From the NCBI GenBank assembly GCA_965644315.1, contig CBFFRQ010000090.1, positions 1 to 64,000 of the forward strand: a DNA stretch of 64,000 nucleotides, in the 5' to 3' direction. Every line of letters starts with the position of its first letter. Position 1 is the first letter of the stretch. This document shows, piece by piece, positions 42,782 through 54,693 of this stretch. The notes beneath the pieces are model-generated. The model worked only from the letters and a program-made list of their open reading frames with translations. It had not been told where the DNA came from and made no database searches. A program made the position numbers and the translations under genes. This stretch comes from Caecitellus pseudoparvulus. Taxonomy: Eukaryota > Protista > Bigyra: Bicosoecida.

Positions 42782-45236
42782 TCACCCTGACTTCCGAGTG
42801 GACCGGCGTCGAGGTGACCTGCGCAAGGCAGGCGTGGGTGCGCCCTGTCGACCGGCAGACCTCGCACGCTTGGGCGGCGAGGCGGGCTCGAGGGAGGTGG
42901 GCCCACCTTCCGCCTCAGTTTCGCCTGCCTGAGGCGGGGTGCTGGTCAGGCGCTCCCGTGCGCTGCGCAGCTGCCGCCCGTACAACTCTGCCTTCGCAGC
43001 CGCCCGTGCGCTGGCAGCCTCCTTCGAGAAGTAGCCGTCGTCCACATGCATGACCTGCAGAAACGCCTGGCCGTCAATTTCCGCCCAGAACTTGTTCTCT
43101 TGGCGCAGGCGAGCCTCGTAGCTCATCTCGCTCTCCACGGCGCTGATGATGCGTGCTCGCTCCAGGCTCCACGCCTGCTCAGCGGCAGCCAGCACCTTAT
43201 CGTAGGTGCTGCTCATCATGGCCACGAACAGGTTGATGAGCAGGACACTGGCGACGACGACGTAGATGAGGAGGAGCAGGTTGGCCACGGTGGGGTTGGC
43301 ACTGCCCACGGGGCCCTCCACGTGGAACACGAAGTTCCCCAGCATGGCCTCGAAAGCGGAACGCACCTCCTGGACGAACTGCCCCGAACCGACCTTGTCC
43401 ATGAGCACGAAGGAGGCCTGCGCGAAGCCCATCTGGAACACGAACAGCAGGCACAGGAACTTGATCATGTCGCTGGCCATCATCTCCGCGATCATGATGA
43501 CGAACGGCCCCGTCAGCTGGAACCCCAGCAGGAACCACAGCGCGTAGGCCCAGGCGGCGACACTGGCGGCTGCTGTGGCGGCCTGGGCCAGGTGCCCTGC
43601 CAGTGGGGACACCCCCCCCCACTGGCTCAGGATCGCAGCAGTCAGGACGGAGGTGCTGAACACGGCTGACAGGGCGTTGTCCAGGAAGGCAGCCCCTGAG
43701 GAGGCCCAGTGCTCCGCCCAGCCCCCCGGCCGTCCACGGATCTCCTGCACCTCCCGCCACCCCTTCACCAGGGCGACGAGGAGGATGCATGCGTCACCCA
43801 CGGCGCTGATGGCACACAGCGGCCCCTGTCCCTGGGCGGAGCACTGTGCCCAATCCCGCACCAGCCAGGGCGTCCGTGAGGGCAGCAGGGACCGCAGCAC
43901 CACCGTGGCGGTGAACAGACACATGAATGCACAGTAGAAGCGCAAGCGGCTGTAGAACACCCGCTGGCCGAAGGTCTCCCACTTTTTGGACAGCAGGCGC
44001 TTCACGCGGGGGTGCTCCAGCAGTGCCAGCTGCTGCTGCTGCATGATCACCTCCAGTGCGCTGAGCGGGCGGTCCGTGATGGCCAGCGTGCCAGCGGCCA
44101 ACGCGACACGGTTGCGCAGGATCCAGCCCACTGGGTCTAGCTCCTCCAGGGGGACCTGCAGGCAGTCCACAGGGCCATACCGCCACTGGGATGCCGTGTG
44201 GCGCTGCAGGACATGCTGGAACATGCGCCGGAAGCCCAGGCTGGCAGCCAAGGTGAGGGGAGTCAGGCCAGCCTTGTTGAGTCGCCCCTGCAGGGGGCAG
44301 GAGGGGCTGCCGTGCCGCTCTTGCCACAGGTCGCAGATGAAGTCGTACATGTCGGGCTGGTCGTGCAGCACCATGAAGTGCAGGGCGGTGTTGCCGTGCG
44401 AGTCAGTGCAGTCCAGGTCAGCGCCCCACTCCTGCACCAGGTAACGCACCAGCTCGGGCTGATTGGTGCAGGCGGCGAAGAGCAGGGGCAACTCGCCGTA
44501 GTAGCAGCCCTGCCCGCTCTCCAAGAAGCGGGCCGCCGAGAAGAAAGACCCCACCGCCCGACTGGCCAGGAGGGGATTAGGCGCTGAGCCAGCCGCCGTG
44601 CCCCGAGAAGCATCTGCCAGCGCCTGCGACCGCTCGAGCAGCATGCGCACGCTCTCCAAGTCACCATTCACAATGGCAATGTGCAGGCAGTTCTCGCCCA
44701 GGTACTCTTTCCCACTGTACTCCTGCAGCACAGTGGAGGGGTTGGTGTCGAGGATGAACTCTGCCAGCGCTTTGTGAGCCGGCGCGTGGTACCTGCGCCG
44801 AGCACGCGAGAGTAACGGATTTAAGCATGCGGCTGCAGTATGAGAAGCGCAGGTCAACTTACAGAAAGCAGAGGTGCAAGGGTGTGTCCCCTACGGCACC
44901 ACGCTGGTGCAGTGCATCCGGGTCTGCGGTGGGCAAGAAGCGTGCGGCTTTTGAACGGCTAAGGGACACTTTGCATGGGCACCCAGGTGGCACCAAGCAC
45001 GAAGAAGGCAAGCAAGCCCAGTCGACCACACACTACCAGCACGGACCTCGTTGTAGCAGGAGTTTCAGCTCCTCCAGATCTCCCTGGTGCACTGCATGCC
45101 ACACAGTGCCGTGCCGGTGAGCAGCCTCTGTCTGGTCCTCCACTGTCTGCTCCAGTTGCACGCCGTTGCCTGTCGCAGCTTTGTCCCCAAGCACCGCCTG
45201 GACGCAAGTAGACAGAAAGCTCTGCAGTGCATCCAT
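42782..45236 (-). CDS. TRPV-like cation channel (ankyrin repeats + 6TM + TRP-box-like helix); 3 exons
   Basis: YLGENCLHIAIVN, YYGELPLLFAACTNQ, DSHGNTALH, GLTPLTLAA, WRYGPV, LLSKKWETFG, GFQLTGPFVIMI, LLINLFVAMMSSTY and WSLERARII. Upstream exons include RGAVGDTPLHLCFL. Confidence 0.92.
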
Positions 45237-45443
45237 GGTCGGAAACGCCGCTTCGAGAATCAGGCCCTGCCTGCCGGCCAGTTGGCTTGTCTGGTCGCCA
45301 AGAGGGTGCACACTGGCCAAGCTGGGGCGCACGGGCTGCCATCAGCCACAATGGGTCGATGGTGTCGCGCCAGGAGGATTGTGGCGCGACCGGTTTCGCT
45401 CAGAGGCTGCATTTGTCCATGCGCACCGGGGGGGGGGGGGTGC

Positions 45444-46631
45444 TCAGTCGAAGAAGTAGAGCTGGGTGAAGTGCCCCACGCTCTCCTGCGTGAACTGGGG
45501 CTGGTAGTTGTAGATGAGGGCGGCATACTCGTCTGCCAGGCTGGGGAAGGACCGGTGGTTTGCGTGGGTCTGGCCGATGAAGTACTGTGCCGTGAGCAGG
45601 TTGGCCCGCACGGAGTCAAAGGAGTGGTCCATCACCTCGCGGGGGTCCCACTCAAACACCGGCTTCTCAGGGTGCCACTGCGTCGCCGTAATGGGCCACT
45701 CCTTGCCCTCCACTGTAGACACGAAAGGACGGCCGTTACGGTCCTGCGCAAGGTGGACACAGGCGGGGTGAGAGCGGGGCGCAACGGGAGGGGCGTGAAA
45801 CCGCCGGCAGGCGCACCTCGTTCGTGCTCCACATGTAGAAGTTGTCTGACAGATCCGCGTTGGCCTTGAATGCCGCCGGCTCCACGCCGGAGTGGTGGGC
45901 GTTCATGGTCACAGCCTGGCCGGTGAGGACGTCGAGAAGCCCCTCGCTCTGCGCCAGCTGGAAGAAGCGGCTGTGGGTGGCGGCACCTGCCGTCAAGTTC
46001 AGCGGCACCGTGTAGTTCTCTGCGTTGAAGCCCGAGACGAGGACGCCAGGCACAGCGCCGCCGCCGAGGAAGTTGACCATCTCGAAGCCCAGGCAAGTGC
46101 CCTGTGTGTACAGAGGCGGGTGGTGGTGGTGGGAGCAGGGCGGCGTGGGGCGGCGCCAGGCGTACCCAGAGCGGGAAGATCTCGCCAGCCTTGTACGCAG
46201 ACACGACTTCGTCAAAGACAATCTGGCCCTTGCGAGCGTATTGCGTGAGGGTTCCGTTGGGGAATGTGAAGTCTGCGCCACCACCAGTGAAGAGGACACC
46301 GTTGATGTTCTTCAGGGCAGCCCTGAAAGAGTCCTCGTCAATGTCATGACGAAGAGGCACGACTTGTGCCCCTCCTGCCTCGATCCATTTCACATACGAT
46401 GCTGCAGGCGCGTGTGGGCAAGCGGCGTCATGACAGAGAATGCGCGCTGGCGTGTCCAAGCATCGTTTTCCGCACGCAGCCCCGCTCACCTGGGAAGTAC
46501 GCCGGCTTCGTTGACACGTCGGTGTAGTGGTTAGGCAGGGTCAGAATGCCCACAACAGGCCTGTTGTTCGGGGCAGCAGCGGCCAGCAATGCCCCTGCGG
46601 CAGCTACGAGGCAGGCAGCCAAGCACCGCAT
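45444..46631 (-). CDS. GGH: gamma-glutamyl hydrolase (peptidase C26) with signal peptide; 4 exons
   Basis: NNRPVVGILT, ASYVKWIEAGGAQVVP, INGVLFTGGG, W-GTCLGFE (catalytic Cys) and TQWHPEKPVFEW (His/Glu). Confidence 0.93.
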
Positions 46632-46832
46632 CTTGTCACGGGCAATCGGCGCAGGACGAGCACAACTCTGAATGCAGGAACACGGTGCTCCTTGCACGCT
46701 GCCGAGAAGCAGCTCCACTCTTGTGTATGTTGGGGGTAATTGAAAGTTGTGTGCGCACAGCGTTTGTCACTCGAGGTTGCTGCAGCGGTTGGCTCAATTT
46801 GTCCCGCTGGGTTTCCAGGCGGCTCAGTCAAC

Positions 46833-47836
46833 ATGGCCAGCGTCGCTGCTGCTGCACAGCTTGGGGCAACCGATGCCCTTCGATCTTACGTCGCGGATGG
46901 GCACGATGTGGATGCCGTGATCCACCCTGTGAGTGGAGTGCAGGTGGCATGAGAACGGCTGAAACGCTCTTCACCGCTGTCGACGCAGGTCTCTGTCAAG
47001 TGGAGCGCGCTGCAGTATGCAGCTGCAGTGGGAAACTTGATCGCAACCAAGGCATTGCTTGATGCAGGTGCTGCGGCAAATAAGCGGACAGTGCGTGCAG
47101 AATGCCAGCTGGTCTGCGTTTCGCTGGCGTTTTCATGAGCCTCGAGCTGGCTTCATCATTTCACAGGAGGAGGGCCAGACAAGTCTGCACTTGGCTGCGA
47201 GATTTGGACATGCGAACACTGTTGAACTGCTCCTTGCGGCTGGCGCAGACGTGGAGGCGTCTGACAAGGTGCGTGGCGCGGGAGCATTGCCAACGGGCGC
47301 TCCGCAGGCACAATCTGCTTTGCCTGCCACCACAGCTTGGGTACACGCCCCTGCATTACGCGGCTGCATTCGGGAACTTGGAGGCTACGCGTGCCATTGT
47401 GCAGTACGGTGCTGATGTGCAGGCTGTGAGCGCGGAGGGCAGCTCGGCGCTTGACTTGGCGAGTGAGGGGCGGCAGGCTGCCGTGGCGCAGTTCCTGGCG
47501 GCTGCTGGCTCCACGCGGTCAGCCACGGCACGGCTGAAGGACTGGCTGCACGCCATCCGCCTGGGGGGCTACTTTAATGCCTTCCTGGCGCAGGGCTTCG
47601 ATGATGTGGATTTCATTGCGACGTCTGGTCTCACTCAGGCTGACCTGGACGCCGTGGGAGTGACCCTGGCAGGGCACCGCAGCAAGCTGCTGCAAGTGTA
47701 CCGCATTTCGGAGTTCACGTCTGGCTCTGCCGCGGCAGGGGCAGGAGAGGGCTCTGACTCGGACGACGGCTCTGACAGCGGCAGCGATTCGGGCTCTGGC
47801 TCGGACAGCGGCAGCGACACAGACGAAAGCGAGTAG
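46833..47836 (+). CDS. ankyrin repeat + SAM domain protein with acidic Ser/Asp tail; 4 exons
   Basis: SALQYAA, GQTSLHLAA and GYTPLHYAA. SAM domain LKDWLHAIRLGGYFNAFLAQGFDD..LDAVGVTLAGHRSKLL. Confidence 0.85.
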
Positions 47837-47841
47837 GCCCC

Positions 47842-48257
47842 TCACAAGGAGGCCTTCTTCTTTTCGTACTGACTGGGAGTCCACGTCTTCATTGTGAATG
47901 CATGGATGTTCGGCATTTCCTTTGACAGGCACTCGTTCACAGAGCGCTGCCGCGCCAGCAAGCCAACACCTGTGAGGAGTGCACCGTGCTCGTCGTGCCT
48001 CGGCAGGCACGCTGCCACGTCGGCCACGCCGCACCTTCAAACTTGGTGGAAACAATGATGGCATCAAGCTTGGAGCCACAGCCGTCAGATTCGTCCACAA
48101 CCTGGATGAAAGACGGCTCGAATTCCCTGCAGAGGGGGGTGCAAATTCCGCATTCGAGAGCTCCAACTCCGTGCCTTTGCTTTGACTTCATGGGCAAGTC
48201 TCACGCTTCCAGCTTGGACTTGACCACTGCAACAATGTCTACATCTCCAGATGCCAT
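47842..48257 (-). CDS. BolA-family protein (BolA2-like), ~90 aa; 3 exons
   Basis: Spliced product MASGDVDIVAVVKSKLEAEFEPSFIQVVDESDGCGSKLDAIIVSTKFEGVGLLARQRSVNECLSKEMPNIHAFTMKTWTP... Confidence 0.88.
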
Positions 48258-48413
48258 ACCTGGCGCTTGTCGTGTACTTGACGGCGGGTAGAGGGCCGCG
48301 GCGCCTCGTGGTGTGGTCTGGCGGGAAGCGATTGCTTTGAATCTGTGTGGTATGCAGGGCAGGTGTGAATGCATTTAGCTCGTTGTGTGATGGTAGGATA
48401 TTTGTATGAGTGA

Positions 48414-50830
48414 TCACTCCCCTCTACTTTCCTCCCGCAAAGCTTTGATGGCTTGCCGAGCGTCAGCGAAGACAGCCTGCGCCACACGCGCCAGCGACCG
48501 CCGCGAGCCGACGTTGGCGAGCAGGGCGCTAGGCTCGTGCCAGCGAGAGGGCAAGGAGGAAAGCAGCTGGTACATCTCCGCAGGACTGCCCTGCAGCGCG
48601 GCGATTTCGCGCTCTGCGCTGCAGACGAGGTTGACACAAACGTCGAAGATGCTCCACCAGCCATGGAGAAACAGCGTATCCCACACGCGGAAAGCCAGCG
48701 CCGAGGGCAGGCTTGTGGTCAGCAAGGGCATGATCCAGCCCGAAAACACCATGCTGAGGGGAATCTGCATACCCAGCAGGTGCCTGTGCAGCGCTGGGGC
48801 GCGGGAGGAGAGGACTTGCTCCAGCACGTGCACGGCTGCGTGCGTGTCCTGCAACGCATCAGCGAAGACGAACGGCGGCAGCACCTCGTTCACCAGCGTG
48901 TCCACCAGCCAAAAGGCTTGCTCTTCCTCCATCACCGTCAATGCGAAGCCTGCCAGCATGTTCAGGCCCTGTGTGTAGCCGATGGCCGGGTTGTTGGCGG
49001 CCAGCGCAAGCAGCACGCGCTCCAGTGCGGCCAGTCCCGCAGGCGTCTCAAACAGTGGATGCCCAGGCCACGTTCGAGGAACGTCCTTTTCAATGAGCCG
49101 CACGACGTCGTCTCGCGGAGTGCAGTGGTGGATCAGGCGGTGGTAGTGCAAGGGCGGCGCTGCGCAAGCCTTGGCTGCAGCGCCTGACAGCTCCCACCAA
49201 ACGCTGCCCCGAAGAGACCCTGGCACGCCCCCGTCCACCAGGCGCTGCAAGGTCTTGGTGTGCTGCGCCACTTCCTCGGGAGACAGTTCCGCCGGGCTCC
49301 ATGCGGCCAGCGCCTTGGCAATGCCACAGTTCAAAGACGCGGGGGTGGGCCCATCGGCCACTTGGAGTGGGTCACCCGTGGGTGGTGGATCTATCTCACA
49401 CCTCTCCTTTGAGTCTTCCCCCAGCAGGGCAAATAGAGCGCTGGGTGATGGTGTGGAGGCACTTGCCTGCATGCCAGGCTTGGGCTGCGCGCGGTGCTGC
49501 TCTCCGACGATACTCCCCAGCACAAGTTGCGAGATGGAGTCCCCCCCTTCTGCTGAGTAGAGGCCCTGCAGCCAGTGCTGCAAGCCTTTCATGCCTGCCT
49601 GCTGCCCGTGCACTTGGTGGCTGAGGGCACACCTTCCCCACGCTCCGCGCTCTGGCGTGCTGGCTTGCCCCATGCCCAGCGATGGGCCCACACGGGGCCT
49701 CTCACACCCAGATACGCTGGCGGGCCACACGCTGCGCAACCAAAGCACCTGCACACTCTGATACGAGTGCTGCAGTGCCTCCTGGCGCTGCAAGGGGGGC
49801 AAGGCCACCGTATCCACCCCCTGCGCAGACAGCGCCGCCCGGGTCCGCTGGGGCGCTGATGGTAGGCTGGCAGGGAGGGAGGGCAAGCAGCAGGAAGCGC
49901 CGGCAGAGCAGCTGGCCTCTGTGTGGCCCCTCCAAAAGGCCGTAAAGCTGGAATCCCGCGAGGGAAGGGCGGCCGGTGCGGGGGCGGCGCACGGCGAGAG
50001 TGGCTCAACCCGAGTCCAAGCAGAGGCCTGGCTGGCCTGCACGATCGCCCGGTCCAAGGCTCCTAAGGCGCTCATCATGCGGGCCGAGGCCAGGAGGCCC
50101 ACGACTTCTGTGGACACCCACCCATGAGCCGGGTCGGTGGGGTCGGCCAGCTCACTGGTGGCTCGGGGGGAGCGGAAGGACACGGTGCCGGCAAGCCCGC
50201 GCCGCAGCCGGCAGGAGCCAGCCACACACAAAGCAGTCTCCGATCGAGCGATTTCAGGAAGCCCCTGCAGTTCCAAGGCACCCAGTCGTCCAAGGAAGCG
50301 TTTCCAGGCCGCTTCGTGCTGGGCTGCTTGCCTCGCATGGGATTGGAGCCACTCTGCCTCTGCCGTCTGCACTGCCTTGCTCGTGGGGAAGCCATTGCTG
50401 TCTCGATGTAGCACCTGGTGCAAGTCAGAAAACAGCAGCTTCACCGGCCTTCCCACAACCCGCAGCATCTTCACAATCTGTGCCACACGCAAGGGGATGC
50501 GGGGCGTTACGGGCTCGTTTCATACTGCGCTTTGCCCTCCTTGCCGTACCTTTTTCAGTGGAGTGTGCTGCACACTCAAGCCATTGACGCTTATGAGCTG
50601 ATGACCTGGCTTGATCGATCCGCTGTCTGCTGCTTCTTTGACCTCCCCCTCAATCCTGAGCAAGTGGCGGCCGGGTGTGATGGTCTCAGTTGCTCGCAAC
50701 CCCACCAACTCGCCTCTCACTTGTCAAAACGGCTCACAATGGCGCCTATCTGCCCCTTCCATGGTTTCAACGTTATGCCCAGGACCTGACTTGACACAAC
50801 TACTGGGCTTGTTCGGAACGATGTCGTCAT
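48414..50830 (-). CDS. Rab-GAP TBC domain protein with N-terminal PDZ-like domain; 3 exons
   Basis: TBC motifs GVPGSLRGSVW, IEKDVPRT (Arg finger), GYTQGLN (Gln finger) and EEQAFWL. Spliced N-terminus LGITLK..GAIVSRF..AADSGSIKPGHQLISVNG..IVKMLRVVGRPVKLLF. Confidence 0.85.
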
Positions 50831-50998
50831 GGTGCTTGAGGAGCAAGGCCACAGCCGAACTGGACTGGTGTGCCTTTCAGCCCGCCAGGTGCCGGAGCAG
50901 CACCGGCTTTGGCGGCGTAGGCAGCCACGCCCGCACTTGGCAACAGCCTTGCACACACGTCACATCTGCAACTTTTGTGAATTGATCGACCCCTCGCC

Positions 50999-53900
50999 CT
51001 ACTCCGCCCCCCCCCCTTCACCGGAGGCAGAGCGTGAGGAGCTCGTCACGGCAGCTGGCAGAGTGATGACTTGGCTCAAGTCGCTGCTGCCCGTGTCCAC
51101 CCCTGCTGCACTGATGCACGGCACTGCGTCGACATCTGACGCAAGTTGCTGGGCGCTGACAGGGTGTGGGTCACCCCACGTCGCTTCTTGGGAAGCCGCC
51201 ACTGCCGGAGTGGCATCTTGCCACAGGCCGTGCTTCTGGCACAGGCGTTTGACAGAGGCCAGGATGACATCGGCAGTGGCCGGCTTCGTCAGCACGCTGT
51301 GTGCGCCCGCCATCCGGTACCGCGCCACATCGTCACCCAGCGCGTTCCCCGTCAACCCCACAAACACCAACCGACCACCCCCTCCCTCACCTGACCCCGC
51401 CAGGCGCCCCTCACCCACCAGCGCGCGAGCCAGACTCGGCCCATCCAGCAGCGGCATGGACATGTCACACACCACCGCATGCAGGGGGTCGTGTGTGCCG
51501 GCTTGCAGGGCTTGCAGGGCATCCTGCCCATCGGGCGCTTGGAAGACGGTGGCCCCGCGGCGTGTGAGCTGCCTGGCGAGTTGCTGCCTGAGGGCACGGG
51601 AGTCCTCGACGAGGAGGAGGCGGAGGGGGGGCTGGGCAGCTTCAGCCGCCAAAGCACCCGTCTTGCTGCGGTGTGAGTGCAGCCCACGGCTGGACATGTG
51701 CAGGCCCAGCGCAGTGCTGTCCATGCGATCCAGGTCGATCAAACACGCCTCCGACCCGATGCTGGGAATGGAGCTGGAAAGGCGTCCGGGGATGAAGGCC
51801 TTGCTTCCAAGCCCATGGGATAGGCTGCTCCGAGAGCCCACTGCAGAGGACAAGGCCTGCAGATATGGCACTCCCTCGTCGGCACTGCGGTGAGACACGG
51901 CTTCTGTTTCGCGGGTCAAGCGCACAGGCAGTGCGATGGTGAAGGTGCACCCCTTCCCACGACCCCCACTCACCACGCTCAAATCCCCACCCTGCGCCTG
52001 CAACAGCTCACGCATCAACCACAGGCCCAGACCCGTGCCCTGCTGCTGCATGCCTGACCGCAGGCGGGAGAAGGGTTTGAAGAGGGAGGCGATTTCATCG
52101 GCGCTCATGCCACGTCCGAAGTCGGTGACGTGCACGAGCAAGTCGAACACCGTCCCTTCTTCAACACGGGCTGAAGTCCGCGCAGAGGCAGGCGGAGCAG
52201 TGGATGAAAACGAGGCAGACGGCCCACGTGTCTGGGGAGGGGAGCGAGGGTTGGGCAGGTGGGCATGGCCAGCAGCAGGTCGCACACCCAGCCCCACCAC
52301 CACCGCATGCCCATCCTCAGCCTGACTCCCCTCGCTCCCCCCATACTTCACCGCGTTGCTCATCAAATTCAACACCGCCTGCTTCAACGTCGTGAAACCC
52401 ACCAGCGTCTCCACGTGCAACGGCGGGAAATCACCCACACGACCCCCGCCCCACCCCACCAACGCCGCCAGCTCGCTCGACACACGCTGCTCCAGCCGCG
52501 GCACCCCATGGTCCAGCGACTCTGCCAGTTGAGGTGCCATGTCGCACACGTGTGCCACGGCAGTGGTGGCGTTGTACGAGTGGGTGGGTGCGGAGCCCTC
52601 ACCCACCCGGCTCCGGCGCTTGGCGTTGGTGGTCTTCAGGAACATGAGCATGTTGTCCAGGATGCCGCTCAGCATGGTGAGGGGCTGGTTCACCTTCTGG
52701 GCCGTGGACTGCACAGCTGCATACGCCTGTGCCACCCGGGCGTTGCGGTGCATGGCCGCGGCAGCGGAGGGCGCACCGGATGCCGCGACGAGGAGGTCCT
52801 CCACGTCCTCTTCGAGGAGGTTGCCCATGGAGAGGATGGCGACGTTGATGGGTGAGCGGCATTCGTGTGAGAGCCAGCGCAGCATGGCTTCGGAGCGTGC
52901 GGCAAGGTCTCGCGCCCGGCGCGTTTGCTCGGCGGCAATGGCACTGAGGCGGACAAAGCTGGTCATGATGTTCAGCGCCATGAACACTGTACTCACAAGC
53001 AGCATCAGGGTTGTGTGCCAGTCGCGCACATGCACACCTGTCGTGCCCTCAACTCGGCACTCTGCCCAAGAGTCCCGCACTTCCCGCTGAAAGGCGGGGT
53101 GAGGTCCCGACAAGCCTCCTTCAGCGTTACGCTCACAGATGAGGACGGAGAAGTCAAGGGCAACACATGCCGCCGTGCTGGCTGCAGCTAGCGCAATGGC
53201 GAGGGTCAGCAGCAGCTGGAAGCGCCCCCCTTGGGCGGCAAGGCGAGCCCGCACAGCAGGCAGGGGCACGGGGCTGCGGTACCAATCGTGAGGGCCGGGC
53301 AAGCCAGTTTGCGAATGATTGCACTGGGGTGTCGCCTGGCTACAACGCAGCTTGCATGAGTACGGCCCGCCACCCCCAGAGCACGTCCAGGCCATGATGG
53401 TTGCGATGAGAATGGCAGGTGCAACGAGTCCCAGGAATGCCGCGTCCATGGCCAGCCCAGCCCTCAGGTCAAACACAGCCGCAAGTAGGGGGCCAACGTT
53501 GAGGGTGAGCACCAAACCCGCCTGCACTGCCACTGCCGGTAGCTGGGAGAACCCCACAGGCGAAAGGTGGAGCACGACGGACCGTGTCACGAAGTCCCAC
53601 GATGCGGTGACAAGCAGCCCCAGCACCGCAAGGGCACTTGTGGGTGGAATGCGCTGCCCGTCCCCGTACGTCACGTTGGAGAAGATGGAGGCAGCGCCCG
53701 GCGCAAGGAACAGCACGCTCAAGTTCTGCAGGTGCAGCCCCGATGTAGAAATGGCAAGGCGATGGGCGTGTGCCTCAGCGCCGCCAGACGCAGCGCCAAC
53801 GGAACGCATCCACCCAAACAGGACGCAGCCAAAGAGCACCACCCAGATGCCTTGCGACATGAACCACATGGTGATGGAGGAGGCGGAGTCTGTCACCTCT

Positions 53901-54238
53901 CTCGTGCTCATGCAGCCATGGTTTTCACATTGCAGCCACTGTGCCACAAAAACCGCCCCGGTGCAAAGGCCGCTGGTGATGAGCAAAAACGTGGGCACAT
54001 CCCACTCAGAGAAGCAACAGCAGTGCCTTCCCGTGCATGGTGTCTCGCCGCCACAACAGCTTCTCATCCCACCTGCACTTTGACGCTGCTGAATGCTGCC
54101 GCCGCTTTGAGCCGACGAAGAGCGCGTCCTTTGCGAGGTGTGTCTGTGCTTCAGTGCACCGGACAACAACGCGCCCCCTGAGGCCTCATCCTGCAGGACA
54201 GCAATGCAAGGGTATTCCATATTCATGGGGTGTATCAT
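50999..54238 (-). CDS. membrane-bound hybrid histidine kinase HK1 (multi-TM sensor-HisKA-HATPase_c-REC); start may be a downstream Met
   Basis: H-box WLSHECRSP, N-box NLMSNAVKY, G1 VTDFGRGM, F-box LFKPF, G2 GTGLGL. REC motifs LLVEDS..VCDMSMP..GLTGN..TKP. Confidence 0.93.
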   Translation of the reverse strand: MIHPMNMEYPCIAVLQDEASGGALLSGALKHRHTSQRTRSSSAQSGGSIQQRQSAGGMRSCCGGETPCTGRHCCCFSEWDVPTFLLITSGLCTGAVFVAQWLQCENHGCMSTREVTDSASSITMWFMSQGIWVVLFGCVLFGWMRSVGAASGGAEAHAHRLAISTSGLHLQNLSVLFLAPGAASIFSNVTYGDGQRIPPTSALAVLGLLVTASWDFVTRSVVLHLSPVGFSQLPAVAVQAGLVLTLNVGPLLAAVFDLRAGLAMDAAFLGLVAPAILIATIMAWTCSGGGGPYSCKLRCSQATPQCNHSQTGLPGPHDWYRSPVPLPAVRARLAAQGGRFQLLLTLAIALAAASTAACVALDFSVLICERNAEGGLSGPHPAFQREVRDSWAECRVEGTTGVHVRDWHTTLMLLVSTVFMALNIMTSFVRLSAIAAEQTRRARDLAARSEAMLRWLSHECRSPINVAILSMGNLLEEDVEDLLVAASGAPSAAAAMHRNARVAQAYAAVQSTAQKVNQPLTMLSGILDNMLMFLKTTNAKRRSRVGEGSAPTHSYNATTAVAHVCDMAPQLAESLDHGVPRLEQRVSSELAALVGWGGGRVGDFPPLHVETLVGFTTLKQAVLNLMSNAVKYGGSEGSQAEDGHAVVVGLGVRPAAGHAHLPNPRSPPQTRGPSASFSSTAPPASARTSARVEEGTVFDLLVHVTDFGRGMSADEIASLFKPFSRLRSGMQQQGTGLGLWLMRELLQAQGGDLSVVSGGRGKGCTFTIALPVRLTRETEAVSHRSADEGVPYLQALSSAVGSRSSLSHGLGSKAFIPGRLSSSIPSIGSEACLIDLDRMDSTALGLHMSSRGLHSHRSKTGALAAEAAQPPLRLLLVEDSRALRQQLARQLTRRGATVFQAPDGQDALQALQAGTHDPLHAVVCDMSMPLLDGPSLARALVGEGRLAGSGEGGGGRLVFVGLTGNALGDDVARYRMAGAHSVLTKPATADVILASVKRLCQKHGLWQDATPAVAASQEATWGDPHPVSAQQLASDVDAVPCISAAGVDTGSSDLSQVITLPAAVTSSSRSASGEGGGAE
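51273..51646. repeat. 374-nt receiver-domain block nearly identical to 54755-55128
   Basis: Direct comparison shows only scattered substitutions. Confidence 0.9.
51918..52141. repeat. ~200-nt ATP-lid (G1-F-G2) block nearly identical at 55571-55794 and 58990-59186, and partially at 63239-63313
   Basis: Direct base-by-base comparison of the four kinase genes. Confidence 0.9.
52275..52897. repeat. 623-nt HisKA-to-N-box block nearly identical to 56015-56637
   Basis: Direct comparison shows only scattered substitutions. Confidence 0.9.
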
Positions 54239-54693
54239 GGTGGCCTGGCCTGGCTGAGAGCTGTTCTCAGCAGTGCATACGGTTCCTTTTGGTTGCGGCA
54301 GTCTCCACTCACAGCTGGTCCCACAGCGACGTGCGCTGGAGGTCTTGAGGGTGCAGCCATGGCAGGGCCAGGGACAAGGGCTGGCACTGGAGAAAGAGGG
54401 CGGCGAGAAGACTCAACTCCGGCGATCTCCACACAGCTCGCGCTGGCTGTTCAAATCGCCAGGGGTGTGCCCCAGTCGATTTCCGCTTGGATCCCAATAA
54501 TGCCGCACTCTCCGCCTCACGGCAGGGGGTCAGAGTTTGCCTCCTCCAAGCGTCGAGTACCTTCGGTGCAAGCTGAACGCTAGCGCACTTTGCATTCCCG
54601 TGCGTGCACCTTGTCCCGAAACGTCGTTGATTGCATTTGTAGGGTGTGTGGGTTTGACAGGCAGCCGGAGCTGCGCCGAAGCCAGGCGCTGGA

